Made by a program: the position numbers and the translations under genes. 64,000 bases of DNA from contig JALMLS010000573.1 of NCBI GenBank assembly GCA_038496445.1, forward strand, positions 248,001-312,000, read 5' to 3'. Numbering within the stretch: position 1 is the stretch's first letter; each line of letters begins with the position of its first letter. Origin of the DNA: Trichosphaerium sp. ATCC 40318. Its lineage: Eukaryota; Protista; Tubulinea. Below are positions 38,401 to 52,100 of the stretch, in pieces. The notes beneath the pieces are model-generated. The model had not been told where the DNA came from. It searched no databases and was given only the letters and a program-made list of their open reading frames with translations.

Positions 38401-40378
38401 TTTGCCTTGATTAAGGTATTCACTACTTCATTGTGTCCGTTAGATACTAAGAAAGTATGAGTTAGAAAGTGTTGCACTTAATATTTTGCCGTAACCTGCA
38501 TGGGTTAGAGGTGTGCATCTCAGTTTGTCAGAAGCATCAATGTTTGCATTGGCTTGTATCAAGGTCAATACGACTTCATTGTGTCCCTTTCTTGCTATTG
38601 TATTGTAAGTTTTCATGGTTGCTCTGTTGTGCTTTTATATCACCTGCAACAATTAATGCTGTATTCCCACAGCTATCAGCTTTTTCTATATTCGCATTAA
38701 GTTGAGTCAAGGTTGATACAGCTTTATTATGTCCACTGTCCGCTGGTGTATTGTCACATGTAACTAAGTGTATATTTTGACATTACCTGCGTGAATTAAA
38801 GCTGTGCCTCCATCATTATCAACAGCATCAATGTTTGCCTTGGCTGTTATTAAAGTTGAGATTACTTCATTGTGTCCGCCACAGGCTAATATTTTTATAA
38901 GTTAGTTATTGTGCTTGCTTTGTTTTGTTTTGTACCTGCAACAAGTAAAGGTGTGTTTCCAAAATTATCAACCGCCTCAATGTTTGTATTGGCTTTAATT
39001 AAGGTTGAAACAACGTCATTATGTCCACTAGATGCTAGGCTATGTAAGTTATAGGTTGTTATCTAAGATGTTGATATCACCTGCGAGATGTAAAGCAGTG
39101 TATCCATTGTTATCCACACTGTTGATGCTTGCATTTGCTTGAAGTAGTATTTTGACAACTTCATTTTGTCCGTTACATGCTAGATATTGTGAGCTGTACT
39201 AGAAGTTTAGATATATTACAATTTACCTGCACCATGCAATGCTGTAATTCCATCGTTATCACCAGCATCAATATTTACGTTAGCTTGAATAAAGGCCGAA
39301 ACAACATCGTTGTGTCCTCGTGACGCTTTGGTATTGTGAGTTTTAGGATGAAGTTGTAAGTTAACACATATAGAGATGGTCACTAACGGCCATAGCCGGT
39401 TAGCCGTTTAAATTTTTGTCTATAACCGGCTAAGAAAAATAAGGGAAAACTCAAACATTTTTTGCATTTTTTTTTGCGTGATACTAGGCTTTGGACGTGT
39501 ATCAAAACATAAAAGAAGTTCAAAGCCATTGAGAGCCTTTAGAACTTAAAAAAGCATGCGGATTCATGGTACAACACCAACAAATTCTCACATTTTTAAA
39601 CGGTCTAGCCGATTACAGATTTTGTTACTGGATCGAACCGCGACCCCCTCTAACCACATAGTACCTCCAATAAGTAAAGCTTTGTGCGCATTATCTGTTT
39701 CGGTATTTGTACTTGCTCTGAGTAAGGCTGACACAACTGTACTATGTCCCATATATGCTAAAATAGTACGATTATAGTCAAGATATTGCGTCCATAGTGT
39801 GATCTCATACCTGCCAAAAAAAGAGCTGTATATCCATGGTTATCAACTACCTCAGTGTTTGCATTTGCTTTTATCAAGGTCAATATCACTTCATTGTGTC
39901 CGGCGTGTGCTAGTGTTGTTATTGAGCCACATACTTTTCGTTGTTTTCGATAGGAAGTGAGGATACCTGCATAAATTAAAGCTGTATCACCCGTGTTATT
40001 AACAGCATCAATATTAGCACGCGATTCAATTAGCAATTTGACGATTTCATTATGTCCTTTGTGGGCTAACAGGTCACGTGATTAGAAGCTTTTGTTAAGC
40101 TTTGCGCTACCTGCATTAATTAGAGGTGTATTCCCTTTACGTTCACCAACAGCTTCGATATTAGCGCTTTCTTTGATTAATAATTCTACAAGCTCCTTGT
40201 TTCCTTTCTCCGCTAAGTAATGTGAGTTGCCTCGTTTTTCTTTGTTATTATTACCAGCATCAAGCAACGCTTCTTTTTTGTCACTAGCGGTCAGTCCTAT
40301 TACGTAGATTAACAAACAGGTACAAACTTCGTTACCAGTACCCTCCACCTGTGTATTTTTGCTCTGTGGTTCTGCCAT
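35427..40378 (-). CDS. Ankyrin-repeat / PARP-type ADP-ribosyltransferase / coiled-coil protein, copy 2 (about 15 ANK repeats)
   Basis: About 15 phase-1 exons of roughly 99 nt between 37830 and 40215, each one ankyrin repeat. The catalytic region has VHGT, GYYGQGIYFT and YDELVV. Coiled-coil end KLENELK*. Confidence 0.88.
35627..37366 (-). repeat. Long inverted repeat arm (about 1.73 kb), partner 42142-43869
   Basis: Near-identical exons and introns. The ORF track gives identical translations for 35699-35989/43507-43797 and 35908-36114/43382-43588. Confidence 0.95.
39371..39652. mobile_element. hAT-type MITE inserted in an ankyrin intron
   Basis: Imperfect TIRs TAGAGATGGTCAC / TAGAGGGGGTCGC, 8-bp TSD AACACATA / ACCACATA, and TAGCCG/TAACCG subterminal motifs. 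Enlarges a roughly 50-nt intron to about 340 nt. Confidence 0.75.
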
Positions 40379-40981
40379 GACGTGTTGCCACTCCTGAAGT
40401 ATCAGTACAGCGTTATTAAGTTAGGATAAATTGACTTGCGACAACAACACTGTTTCTTTCGCTACAGCTCCGTTTTTAAGAGCAGTACTTAATGCGTTAT
40501 TATGTTATGATAAACGCGAAACAGCGTATTGGGAGTCACTCACAGAGGTTAGAAAAATATTGGCTTAAATCGAACATTTACTCAGAACAATTTTTTTCAT
40601 AAAGATTTCCTTTAGCGAATTTTCTGATTGAGCAGCGAGTGCCCTAAATTAAAGGTGCAAACTAAAATGCGTTTTTAATGAATTTCACTTTGTCACGTGA
40701 ATAATTTTGTGCCCAGATTGTTTGTCTTCTACCTGGAGCATTAAGTACTGCTCTTAAAAACGGAGCTGTAGCGAAAGAAACAGTGTTGTTGTCACAAGTC
40801 AATTTATCCTAACTTAATAACGCTGTACTGATACTTCAGGAGTGGCAACACGTCATGGCAGAACCACAGAGCAAAAATACACAGGTGGAGGGTACTGGTA
40901 ACGAAGTTTGTACCTGTTTGTTAATCTACGTAATAGGACTGACCGCTAGTGATAGAGAAGGAGCGTTGCTTGATGCTGGTA
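40252..40981. repeat. Inverted repeat (40252-40495 / 40738-40981) around a 242-bp spacer: duplicated promoter and first exons
   Basis: Near-identical 244-bp arms containing both ATGs and intron 1. Confidence 0.95.
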
Positions 40982-43900
40982 CCAATACAAGATTAAATAG
41001 ATTACCAGTAGCTCATATAACCAAAGCAACAAGTGGCAACAACGAGATCGTCAGCACATTAATAAAATCGAACGTAAATATTGATGCTGTTGATAAATAC
41101 GGAAATACTGCTTTAATCCTTGCAGGTAACATCATATGATAGCACGTGCGAATAACACATCCTAGCAAAGCACGGAAACAATAAAGTCTTATCGACTTTA
41201 ATCACAGCGAAAGCTAACATTGAGGCTGTTGATAAATACGGAAGAACACCTTTAATTGTTGCAGGTGATATCAGATAGTTCACTTGTAACTTGTAACTCT
41301 AACGTGTTATCGCAGCAAGCAATATAGTAGCCACAGAATACAACAATAATGCTGTGTCCACTTTAATCAAATCCAACGCGAATGTTGATGCTACTAGTAT
41401 ACATGGAAACACAGCTCTACATCTTGCAGGTAACAGTTAAACATCACATCCAAAAAAACTGTTATTTACACAATACATAGCGGATAGTGGAAGCGGTTTA
41501 ATCGTCTCCATGCTACTAAAAGCTGGTGCAAATGCTGTTGCCATTAACAAGAAAGGATACACTCCCTTACTTTACGCAGGTATAGTTCTAAGATTTAGTT
41601 CATTCGCTGTAACTTACCTTAACTTAAGCACAAAATGGGAACATGTATGATGTTGAAATGCTAATCAAAGAAATAACCAATACTGAAGAGCGCTCAAAAT
41701 CTACTTCACGTGATTATGGTGCTAATTACTCCAACATACATGTGGAATGTATTACTCAAACTTCTTTAGATCAACTATTAACTTCTTTGTTTGTTAATAG
41801 TTTGAAAGCCACAGGCGGAGTTTTACCAACTTCAAGATTGTGGCAAGACTTTTTTGTCTGTGTATTTGTGAGAGTGATTTCCAACAAACAAGTGTTCATT
41901 CCGCTGTTTGAGACTTTCTTAAAACACTGCCCTACTTATGAAAGCTGTAATCTATGGAATTCTTGTTTGCTCACAATTGCTAACAATAAAAATGTTTCAG
42001 TGGCCACTGACGAATGGCTAAGGTACTTGGTACGATATAAGTTCATTCTTAAAATTTTACTACCATTCCGACTGACGAAATATACCTTAGCCAACGCGTT
42101 CTTATTTTAAATTGGTGATGGAAAAGGGTATTTGCCGTTTAATTTGTACTTTTGACCGCAAACTTGTTCAGTCTCCAGTAAGTCAACAACAAATTATCAG
42201 AAATCGCAAATACACTAACATTTTGTTTTCAAGGACTTCTGGCGTGAAGATGGACAATTAATGCAAGGTATCTTGTATGATCTACCTGATGACATGTGGA
42301 GTAACAATACAGAGAAATCCGAGTCAGGCGTAGAGTGTTTCACTGATACAGGTACAAGTAACATGCCATATTTTCAAATACTAAACATACTTGAAAGGAT
42401 TACAAAGTGATACCATCTGGGATCTAAATCCACGATTGAACTATGCACAGACTTGGGATAGATCTAATGCCATGTGCGTTTAATCTGATATTGTCATATT
42501 TTAACTTGAGTGTTATGAAACAAGTGGACTTGTTACAACAGCAACAGATTACAGAACATTGAATCTTTTCGATACAAATGACAAAGTTGCTGTCAGAGAA
42601 CTACAGATCCTCAAACAAAAAATGTCAAAACTACATGGTTACAACGATTTCAGTCTTGTTGAAGCCAAGCTTGTGTGTAATGACACCTTGAATCAAAACT
42701 TTGGAAACGCCAATAGAATACTGAAACACAGACATCAGTATGTTTTTTTTTTTTTAATTCAACTTTACCAAACGTATGTAATTTTGCTAACCTGAACTTA
42801 GAGGATTACCGAGACTGTTTAAAAAACAAGATTGGAGAGAAGATAATATCAACAAGGAATACAATGACGCCGTTTACAAAAAGTATGATAGCCTTGTTAA
42901 ACATGACGCAAGTTATAATGATGCCAACACTTCACAAGATGTAACATTCTTCTGTTTTTTTTTCTTTAGAGTATTGAATCACTAACAAAAGCTGTTTAGG
43001 TACCAGTGATATTGATGGTTCATGGAACAACTCAAAAAGCAGCTTACAGTATTGTACAAGCTGGATTCGGAACTGTGAGTGCATTGGATGCTGGTTACTA
43101 TGGCCAAGGCATCTACTTTACAGTATGTTTAAAACCATTAAATCACCCCCTTTTCACTTTTTTACCCCACAGACAAGTATACAATACGCTTGTTCATACG
43201 ATCTATCTGGCACCACTGAAAAAACTCTGATTTTGAGTCTTGTCACTCCTGGCAACGTATATCCTGTACGCAAGTGATTTGAGTATGTTGTTCATTTAAT
43301 AATGTTCTTCAAAGGTAAAACCAAACGACAAGTTAAGAGGACAACCAATTAAACCAGGCTACCAAAGTCACTACACTTTGGTTGATCGATTGGGTAGACC
43401 TCTCAAAGAACGTAAACTTGCCAATGCAGTGTATGATGAGCTTGTTGTTGCCCAAGGTATTCCTTTATCCAAACACTTATACTATGTTTTATTCTGACGA
43501 TATTAGATGTTCAAGCTGTTGCTCGTTACATCATCAAAGTTGTACAGAAACCCAAACAGCCCAAAACAAACCAAACAAAATCGTCTAAGAAGGAAGATAA
43601 ACATGCCAAGCATACCAACAAGCCAAGCGGAAAAGATATTGATGATTCAGATGATGAGCTTTCTGACACTGAAGATGAGAAGTTTATTAGTAAACGGTAC
43701 AATCATCACAAATTTCTTGTGTTCTGTTAACTTTATTGTACTAGAAAACTATGGGCATCTACTTCGCCACTTGACGAGGCACAGAAAAACAAAGTAGAAC
43801 AAGAGCCAGGTAAGAATATAAGTTCACCAAAGGGCCAACACGCAGACGCTGAACTCCATTTTGAACAAGAAGTACACAACGAGGTTGATCAACTACAGAG

Positions 43901-44060
43901 AACAAACGCCATCTTAAAAGAAAGCGCTGTTTCCTTAAACCAAGAGAATGCAAACCAACTGCAAAGCATCGCCAGCTTAGAAGAGAGTAATGCTATCCTA
44001 GAGGAAAGAAATGCCTTTCTACTTGCCAAACTTGCTAAGCTTGAGAGCGCACAGAAGTAG
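40855..44060 (+). CDS. Ankyrin-repeat / PARP-type ADP-ribosyltransferase / coiled-coil protein, copy 3 (about 5 ANK repeats)
   Basis: ANK exons at about 41027, 41166, 41316, 41481 and 41629. Catalytic region ILMVHGTTQKAAYSIVQAGFGTVSALDAGYYGQGIYFT...YDELVV. Coiled-coil end KLESAQK*. Confidence 0.88.
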
Positions 44061-44286
44061 ACAATAACGTTTCATGCTTTATTTGTTCTATTCCTATCAC
44101 ACAATAACCATGTAACAATCATTTACAATAAACATACTCACAACCATTATTAATGGCTCAATAGGACAACGGCTTAGGTTAATAGTATAAACGCCTTTAA
44201 GAGCATGTATAGCTTTATTGTAACTGAATTAAAGCTTAGATCGATAGTGTACTCCAGCAAGAGCAATAGTCTTTATTTCATAATTT

Positions 44287-46484
44287 TCATAATTTCGGTT
44301 GCTGCCTCAGAATTTGTCTTATACCAAAGTCTAACATAATCTCTTCAGAACCACCGCCAATAACATCTAAATAATAAATTAGTATTTCAACAACTAACAG
44401 TAATATATTGCCGTACATGCTCTACACTCCCTCGACAAGCGTTCAGCCACTGCACCCATACCTGTTTTGGTGAATGCTTTCGCTCCAAAGATTTGTCCAG
44501 ACTCCCTTACACAAAACTCGAAGCACGCTGTCGACTGTGTCTTAAGGAGTGCTACCGCGCCTCCAAGCTTAGTACGGGATTCAAATTTATCCATGTGCTC
44601 CATTTGATAAGTAATATGCTCAAGCCAATTCCAAGAAGATTCTATAAAACGAAGCATTCTCCCAAGTTTATTTCTAAATTTTTGTTTTTTGGTTAAGCAT
44701 TACGAACCATCTTTTATGTGTTTTTTTGTTTATGACATACCGTATTACTGGATGTTCTATGAGTTTCTTTCCGAACGTTTTACGTTTTTGTGCGTATTTT
44801 AGAGACTCTAGAAAAGTCATCAATCACCAAAACAAGTCTTTAACAGAAAGAAAGCCAAATACTTCTCCACTTTTGTACCTTCATAGAGTACCCTAGAAAA
44901 ACGTAACTACGAGAAGTGTTAGTCTACACACCTTTATAATATGTAAAGTATAAACGTACAACTTGTATTGCTAGTAACCACCTCTCATTGTTAAAGTTCC
45001 ACATGATATAAAAGAACCCATTATTTTCTTCTCCTATTAGATTACATGCAGGGACTTTAACATCTTCGAATGTAATGAAAGCTGTTCCTGATACATAAAC
45101 ACCAGTACATTCCATTTGACGTGTAGTTATCCCAGGCATGCCTGGAAGCATCAAAAAGTTAACAACAGTCACGTGATTTGAAAAAACGGTTGTAAAATAA
45201 CAAACAGTAAAGAAGTCAAATGAAATAAAATGATATAAAAAGTGCTACGTTGTTTGGCGACTAAACGCATGATTTAAGATATGTACCTCGCTCCAAAAGC
45301 AAGAAAGAGAGGCCATGAAGGCCTTCACCACCAGTCCTCACTGCTACAGTAAAGTAATCTGCAAATACGCCGTTCTAAAGTTTATGAGAACTGAGCAGCA
45401 GTGCAAGTCTAAAACCGTACTGTTATCCATTTCTTTGAACCATTGACAATGTAATGCTTGCCATCTGGTGTTTTCTTGGCAGTTGTTTCCAATTGTGCAA
45501 CATCGCTCCCGGCATTTGGCTCTAAATTCAGTTACAACCTACAGATTGTAAAGAACTTTTACCTGTTATGCATAAACACATTATTTTTTCACCGCTAATA
45601 CAGTCACCAAGCACCTTGTCTTTCAGATACCTTTTTGGAAAAAAATAAGAATTGGCAATAAATATTTCTCAAGTTGAAGCAAATACTGACTCCAATAAGC
45701 AAAAAGGATAAACAAAAGCTAATAATTCAAAAAACGAAAGATAATTCGTCATACTTTTAAAAGTATGCCTGATGATAACACGTGTCAAAACGAAAACAAA
45801 AGGGTATTTTTTTTCGGAAGTGAAAAAAAAGCTAAAACAGAGCTCTGCTTACTGAGATCCGAAGTTACGTATAGGTGGTAGTCCTATTGCCAAACCACCA
45901 GATATTGCCCAACATACACCTCCTGAACCAATACGTGATAGTTCATCTGTTAGTATGAGCTCATGAAACTTATCAAACTCCTCAGGTTTAACATCACCTT
46001 TTTCAACAGGTTATTCCTCAATACAATAACGTCCATGCGTACCAATTATATGGCGAGTATGCTCTGCAGGCCATGGATGACCGGCTACACCACCTAGAAT
46101 ACCAGCTTGAAAAGCTCGTTTGTAAATAGTTGGATCTATTCTTCCGGATTTTTCCCATTCTTCTACATAAGGTCTACGAAACGTGTTAGTTACGCAAGAA
46201 GAAGCTATTATCGATTTTAACGGCCAAATTGAAAGAAATGTACCAAAAAATTTGTACCTCATTTCTTTATCAATCCAAGCACGCGCTGCTATGCGCATAC
46301 GCGTATGAGAAGCATTGTAGTACGGAGACTTCCATCCTTGGCTCCTGTGACATACAATTAAACATGCACGCCTTGTAAAATAAAATAACGCAGGTAAGCC
46401 GTAATTTTACGTCGGTTTGGGATATTGGAGGTAAAATAATAGTTACCAGGTCGGATCGCCAAAAGGAACAATTTTATCGCTCAT
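44287..46484 (-). CDS. Acyl-CoA dehydrogenase
   Basis: [80 protein letters not shown] and IGGGSEEIM. Confidence 0.93.
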
Positions 46485-46746
46485 ACTTCGTTTAACCGTA
46501 AAGAGTAAGTGTCAAACTGATTTTATACTATTTCTTTCGAAAAATATTGACTAGCTATGTCATTCACCTTGTGCTCACTCGGTATAGCTGCTTCACAAGG
46601 TGTTGCGTCTTTTTCACGCAGGTACTGTCTCGTAAACTGCTATTTAAAGAATAAATTGTTCTTTTATTATTTTTCTTTTGGTTTTAGTTTAATATTTAAC
46701 GTTAGATACAATAATAAGGCCACGCGCGTACGCCCGTATTATTTCT

Positions 46747-47994
46747 TTAGTTGCGCTTTTTTCTGCTTTTTTTGCTTTTTGATTTAGGAGATACATTGTC
46801 AAATGCACCAATCTTATCCTCACACTTATGTGAGAATAATAGCTTCTTAAATTTGACACTGTAGAAGATACGAACTGGTCGCATGCTGAGTATTCTATGA
46901 CCGGCCTTATCGTCATCATTATCATCATACAAGAATTTCTAGTGTAAAGGTAAACAATGGCGACATTTGCGTTTTTTCGAAATCGTCATCTACGCGCGTA
47001 GGTACGTATCAACAGATCTACGCGTAGATGACTGACTTAGCGTGATTTAAAATGGAACAAGATCAAAAGAAATAGAGGTACCCATTTCAATTTAGCTACG
47101 CCACCGTGCTCTTGAATACACTCATAGATGTATTTTTCGAAAACTCTAAACTTCCCTCTGTTTATTCCTGCATCTTGAGGGAAAATATTGATAGGATCAC
47201 TTTAAACACCAATGACAGTATATTAGCGAACCAAATAACACCCACATGGATAGTATGTACGTACACACCGCTTCCTCCGAGTCTATTAGCCAAGATATGG
47301 CCTGCATCATCATCTGACTTTCCAACTAGGTTTTATAATTAACAAACACGCTTTTAAGCATAGCTGACGAGACACGTAGGTCAACAGACTGTAGTGCAGC
47401 CGCAGCTGCGAGCATCAGAAATGTTTTGTAACCAAAAAACACAGAAGGCAATTACGTACGCGATCTAGCGTATTTACGCGTTGGCTTATCAGTTTCACTT
47501 CCAGTATCGAGCGTTTTTCTAGATACCTTTGCGTTTACGTATTTCACTCTTGATTTAGAATAGCGGTCATCTGCTGTACCACCACGTATGTACTTATAAT
47601 AAACAGTTGCTGTTTGCCTTTCCGATTGTCCTGGTCCAAATTTCTTCCAGGTACCACGAAACCTTCCTGGATCTATATAGGGATGAGTTTAACACGTAAT
47701 TCACACAAGAAAGGTTAAATGTTCAGCTTGGCGCTTTTAAACGTTAAACAGGACTGTAATATTGTATTACAGTGCAATGGAGGGTGTTTAAGCTGATTAC
47801 TGTGAATTTCGATTGCAATACTTCCTTCATACGCAATATCTTGAAATTCGATTGCCAAAGTACGTACGCGCTGGTCCATACACTCTATCAGTGATTTCAT
47901 CATCTTCTTCAAACAAGAAGTCAAATAAAGCTGTACAGGTTGATATTATTAAGCATAGCAATATAAGCGCTAAGACGCTTTGCTTGCTTCTCAT
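46747..47994 (-). CDS. Secreted DNA/RNA non-specific endonuclease (His-Me finger, Endonuclease_NS_2-like)
   Basis: Signal peptide MRSKQSVLALILLCLIISTCTA. DDAGHILANRLGGSG...PINIFPQDAGINRGKFRVFE matches the DxGH...GG...N..PQ...N motif. Basic C-terminal tail. Confidence 0.8.
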
Positions 47995-49119
47995 TTTGGA
48001 GCTATACTTCTTATTGCAGGAGAAAAACTTCCAAAAAAGGTAATAAAGACTTAACCGTGCTGTAAGTGGGCTGAGTGCAAGACGTTGAAACAAAGTAAGG
48101 AGAGATATAATTGTTGCAGTTCAACGTCGACTCAACAGTAATTTGTAAACGCTCAATAGTGCTAAATTGGAGGCTTTGGATTTTTGTGTTTTATGCAGTA
48201 GAAGGATTGCCTTTGTTTTTGTGAGTAAAGCCATTAATTGACTGCATACCTTTATTGGGAATCTTGTAGATGATTCAAATGTGTTTCTTCCCAAACAATA
48301 AGCCAGAAAGTATAGTTAAAGCAAAGGATGTTCCTAAGCGAGTATAGACACTTCCCAAAAAACTGTCAAATTTCCTATTGGCACAAAGAGGCACAATTGG
48401 AACGAGAGTGAGGCCAAAGCTTACGTACGTCACAAATGCAGTTGATTGAACTACATCCGAATCATTAATAACTCAGGATATTTTACAAGTCTTCAAAATA
48501 GCTTAATGAAGTTCGTCTCTGCCTTATGGCCACAGAAACACGCTTTGGAATTAGAAGAGCGTTCTTATGGCTATTAAATGCTTTTTTAGCACTCTTGACA
48601 ACTAAAAGGCGATCTAAAAGGTATGTACATGCTTAGTAGTATCCATTAATGAAACAAAAGCCGATAAAAAGCGTATTTGATCAAATTACTTCTTTGTGTT
48701 TTTTTGTTGGCTTTAAAACTTTTTTGCATCACGTGACTGTGAAACGTTGGATATAAGCAAACGCTCACTAGCGAAAAGCCCATTGAGCGGAATAATATTA
48801 GTTCTGTTGTTTGCTATTTCTAACTTTAATGGCCTGTGTGCTTGTTTTGCGCTATTTAACACAATTGTCATGAGGTTACATAGCATCATAATCATACTTC
48901 CAAATTACTGAAAAAATACTTCTTTGGTAGTTCGTGTCATGTCCCATTTGTTGTTGTAAACCAAAAACACGTGATCGAGTTTAACAAACAAACGAACTAA
49001 CAGTCATATCATAAAATTACCGAAAGGAACCTGTCTTTTTAAACGGCTCGAGACGTCAAGTCTTCGTGCACACAATATGTTTTGTTCGTTTGAAAAAAAA
49101 AAAAAAAACACAAAAAGCA

Positions 49120-52100
49120 ATGGGTGATGCCACTAAAGAGAACTCCTTTAGGTCTAAAACCAATGGATCACGTACTAGTAGTAATGGGGTAAGAGGTAAC
49201 CATGATAATTCAAGCGATTCTGAGAGCAAAGGCCGTCATGTTCTACAAGCTTCTGTTTCTTCAACAGGAAGCGAGGATATTACTATCAATGCGCTCAAAC
49301 AAACGTGGGGTGGTATAAAGGCAGAGAACTTCCTGGGAGATACTCCTATAGCTCGTAACTGTCATGCTACTGATATTAATGGCCATTTGATGATAGTACG
49401 ACTACGTTTAAGTTTTTTTTTTGAAAAAATCGAATTCTTCTTCAACCCTTTTAATGAGTTTTCTCTTGTTTATTATCGTTATTAGGTATTTGGTGGTGTA
49501 CATTTAAATCAAAGGAGCACTGCTTTAAACGATGTCGTGATTTATAATCTTGGTACGCAATTTTAGACGCTTTTTCAAGAGGTTACCTCTTCAAGCCACG
49601 TGCTCAATATTAAAAAGGAACTGTTACTGACTTGTGTTTTTTTTAACAATTGTTTAGAAGAAAACAGGTGGTACAATAAACAGACTACCGGCACAAAGCC
49701 TTCAAAGCGTTATTGCCATTCGGCCAATGTGTGGCAGAATAAACTCATTGTTTTTGGTACGTTTTCTTTATGCTCAGAGCTGTTTTAAGCTTCAACTTTC
49801 TTGAATTACTGATTCACATCAAACAATTGTCTTTTGTTTCTAACACATAGTCTACGCTTTAGGTGGTTTTGATCCTGCTACTACGCTAAGACAAAACGAC
49901 GTTCATTATCTTGACTTGGGTACGGTTTTTATTATCGGTTTATCGAGAGCTGCGTGACGCTTTTAATTTGTTTTTTTATCACGCAGTATTACCACGATAG
50001 GTTTACTTCTCGAATGTTTTATCTGGTTTTTTTATCAAGAAGCAACCCAAGCCAGATTTTTTTTGAAAAGGCCTTTCACATAGAAAACAAATATTTTTAC
50101 ACATACCTCAGTACAAGCCAATGAACGCCTTATATCCATTGTTTGGTGAGGTTGGTTCCTTTTTATCAAGTTTATTTTGTCCTTGTTTTTTTTTTTTCAT
50201 CTTCTTTCTTCTTGCGCGTCTTTGTGTTACAACGTCACGTTGATATAAAAAGCTCAACCTTGTATTTTTATAGATCACTACAGATGGATACAACCTGCTA
50301 TACCCGCAGACACAAGTCCAGAACCGCGAAGCCATCATCGTTCAGTTGTTTATGGGAACAAAGCACGTCATAAAAAAAAAATTTTAAAATGTCGTACCTA
50401 ACGCCATTGTGACAAATTTTACCTTAAAATCACATCATGATTTCTGGTTTTTGTCAGAAATTTTTGTGTTTTTTATTTCTTGATTTTTTGTGAAAAATGT
50501 AGGCTTTCTTTTCGTTTAAATAATTTACTTATGCTTATAATAAAATGTGAGCGTATATAATTATATGTTATTGATCTAATTGATGGATTTTAACGGGAGA
50601 TTAAAGATGATTTGAAAAAATTTTTTTTCTTTTTTTCTTTTTTGGATGCTTGTGTTTTTAATGTACTGTAGCTCCTTGTATTTGGCGGTCTTTCTGGTAA
50701 GACTATGTTACGTTTAAATGGTACGTTAATAAAAGAAAATTAAAACCATAAAATCTTTTGTGATTGTTGATCTTTTGTTCTCTCTAACATCTCACTGTTT
50801 TTTAGACGTTCAGTTACTTGATTTGGGTAGGCGCTTTTCGACTGTTTTGAAAAGGAACTACGTATTCACTTATTGATAGAGTCCTGGCGTTGGTCTACAC
50901 CACAAACAAAGGGTCATGCGCCTTCACAGCGTCTATTCGCATCATTAAATATATGGCGGAATAAGCTGGTGTTGTTTGGCGGTTACACTGGTAAGTAATA
51001 ATAAAAAAAAACGAACTTTGTTTTTTTCTTTTTTTTTTTTTTCATTGGGGTATTGTCGGGAAAACTCCTCTTCGGAACTCTAAGCTGCTTGATTTTTTAT
51101 TTTAAAATTACTTGTAGGTAACCAAAGATTAAATGATGTTCACCTTCTTGACCTTGGTACGTGATATTATACTTGAAATTAAACAAGAAAAAAAAAAGTT
51201 TTTATCTTCGTTCTGTCCAATTTCCACATGTATTTGTGTTGTATGGAATAAGGAGAATTTAAATCAAGCATCTATTTATTCATTAAACCAAAAAAATTAT
51301 AAGAGGTGGTATTTGGATATTGTGATTCGTTTTGTTGATTACTGTCAGCATTTTCGTTAAACTTTTTTTTTATCAGCTTTTTTTAACGTTTGTTTTGCTT
51401 TTACCACTCACGCTAACTCTCCGAAAAGGAACTTGGACGTGGATACAGCCTCTAGTACAAGGAACTAGCCCTACAGCCCGTTATGGCCACAGTACCATGG
51501 TGCTAGGTACCTCTTCAGACGTTATGCTTTGCTGATCTTTTTCTTTCAATTAGGCAATAAACTTCTTGTTTATGGCGGAAATGCTGCATTGAATTATCAC
51601 GAGTCAGATTTACATCTATTAGATTTGGGCACGTGATATTTAAAAAAACAAAACCGAATAAGTTTACAAAAAAGACACGTGATACGTGTTAAATTGCTAA
51701 TCACCTCAAGTTTAGAAACTATGTGTTGGGTTGGTTTAGATGAGAAAAGAAGTGTTGTAGGTCATGCATATCATACAGCTGTTCTATACCAAAATAAAAT
51801 ATTCTATTGGGGAGGAAAACACTCTGATGATACAGTCAATAACGATATTACAATCCTAGACTACAGTGACGTGTTTATTATTCTTTGCTGACTTCATTGA
51901 AAACTCATTTCTTCTGTAGCTACAATCAATGCTTTGAAAGAAGTAACGTTTGACGAAGCTGTTGATCGTATACAATCTACATTTAGTCGACTTTCTGTCG
52001 TTATAGGATCTGGTACTGAGCCTACCATAATAGAATCAACGCACAGGTATGTCATTGATTGCAATATGCTAGCGATCGACATCTAACTAAGAATCAAACA

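Noticed and set aside
35627-43869. Inverted repeats as a simple fold-back assembly artefact
   Set aside because: The arms carry scattered SNPs and indels and enclose non-identical, apparently intact arrays. Read-level confirmation is still needed.
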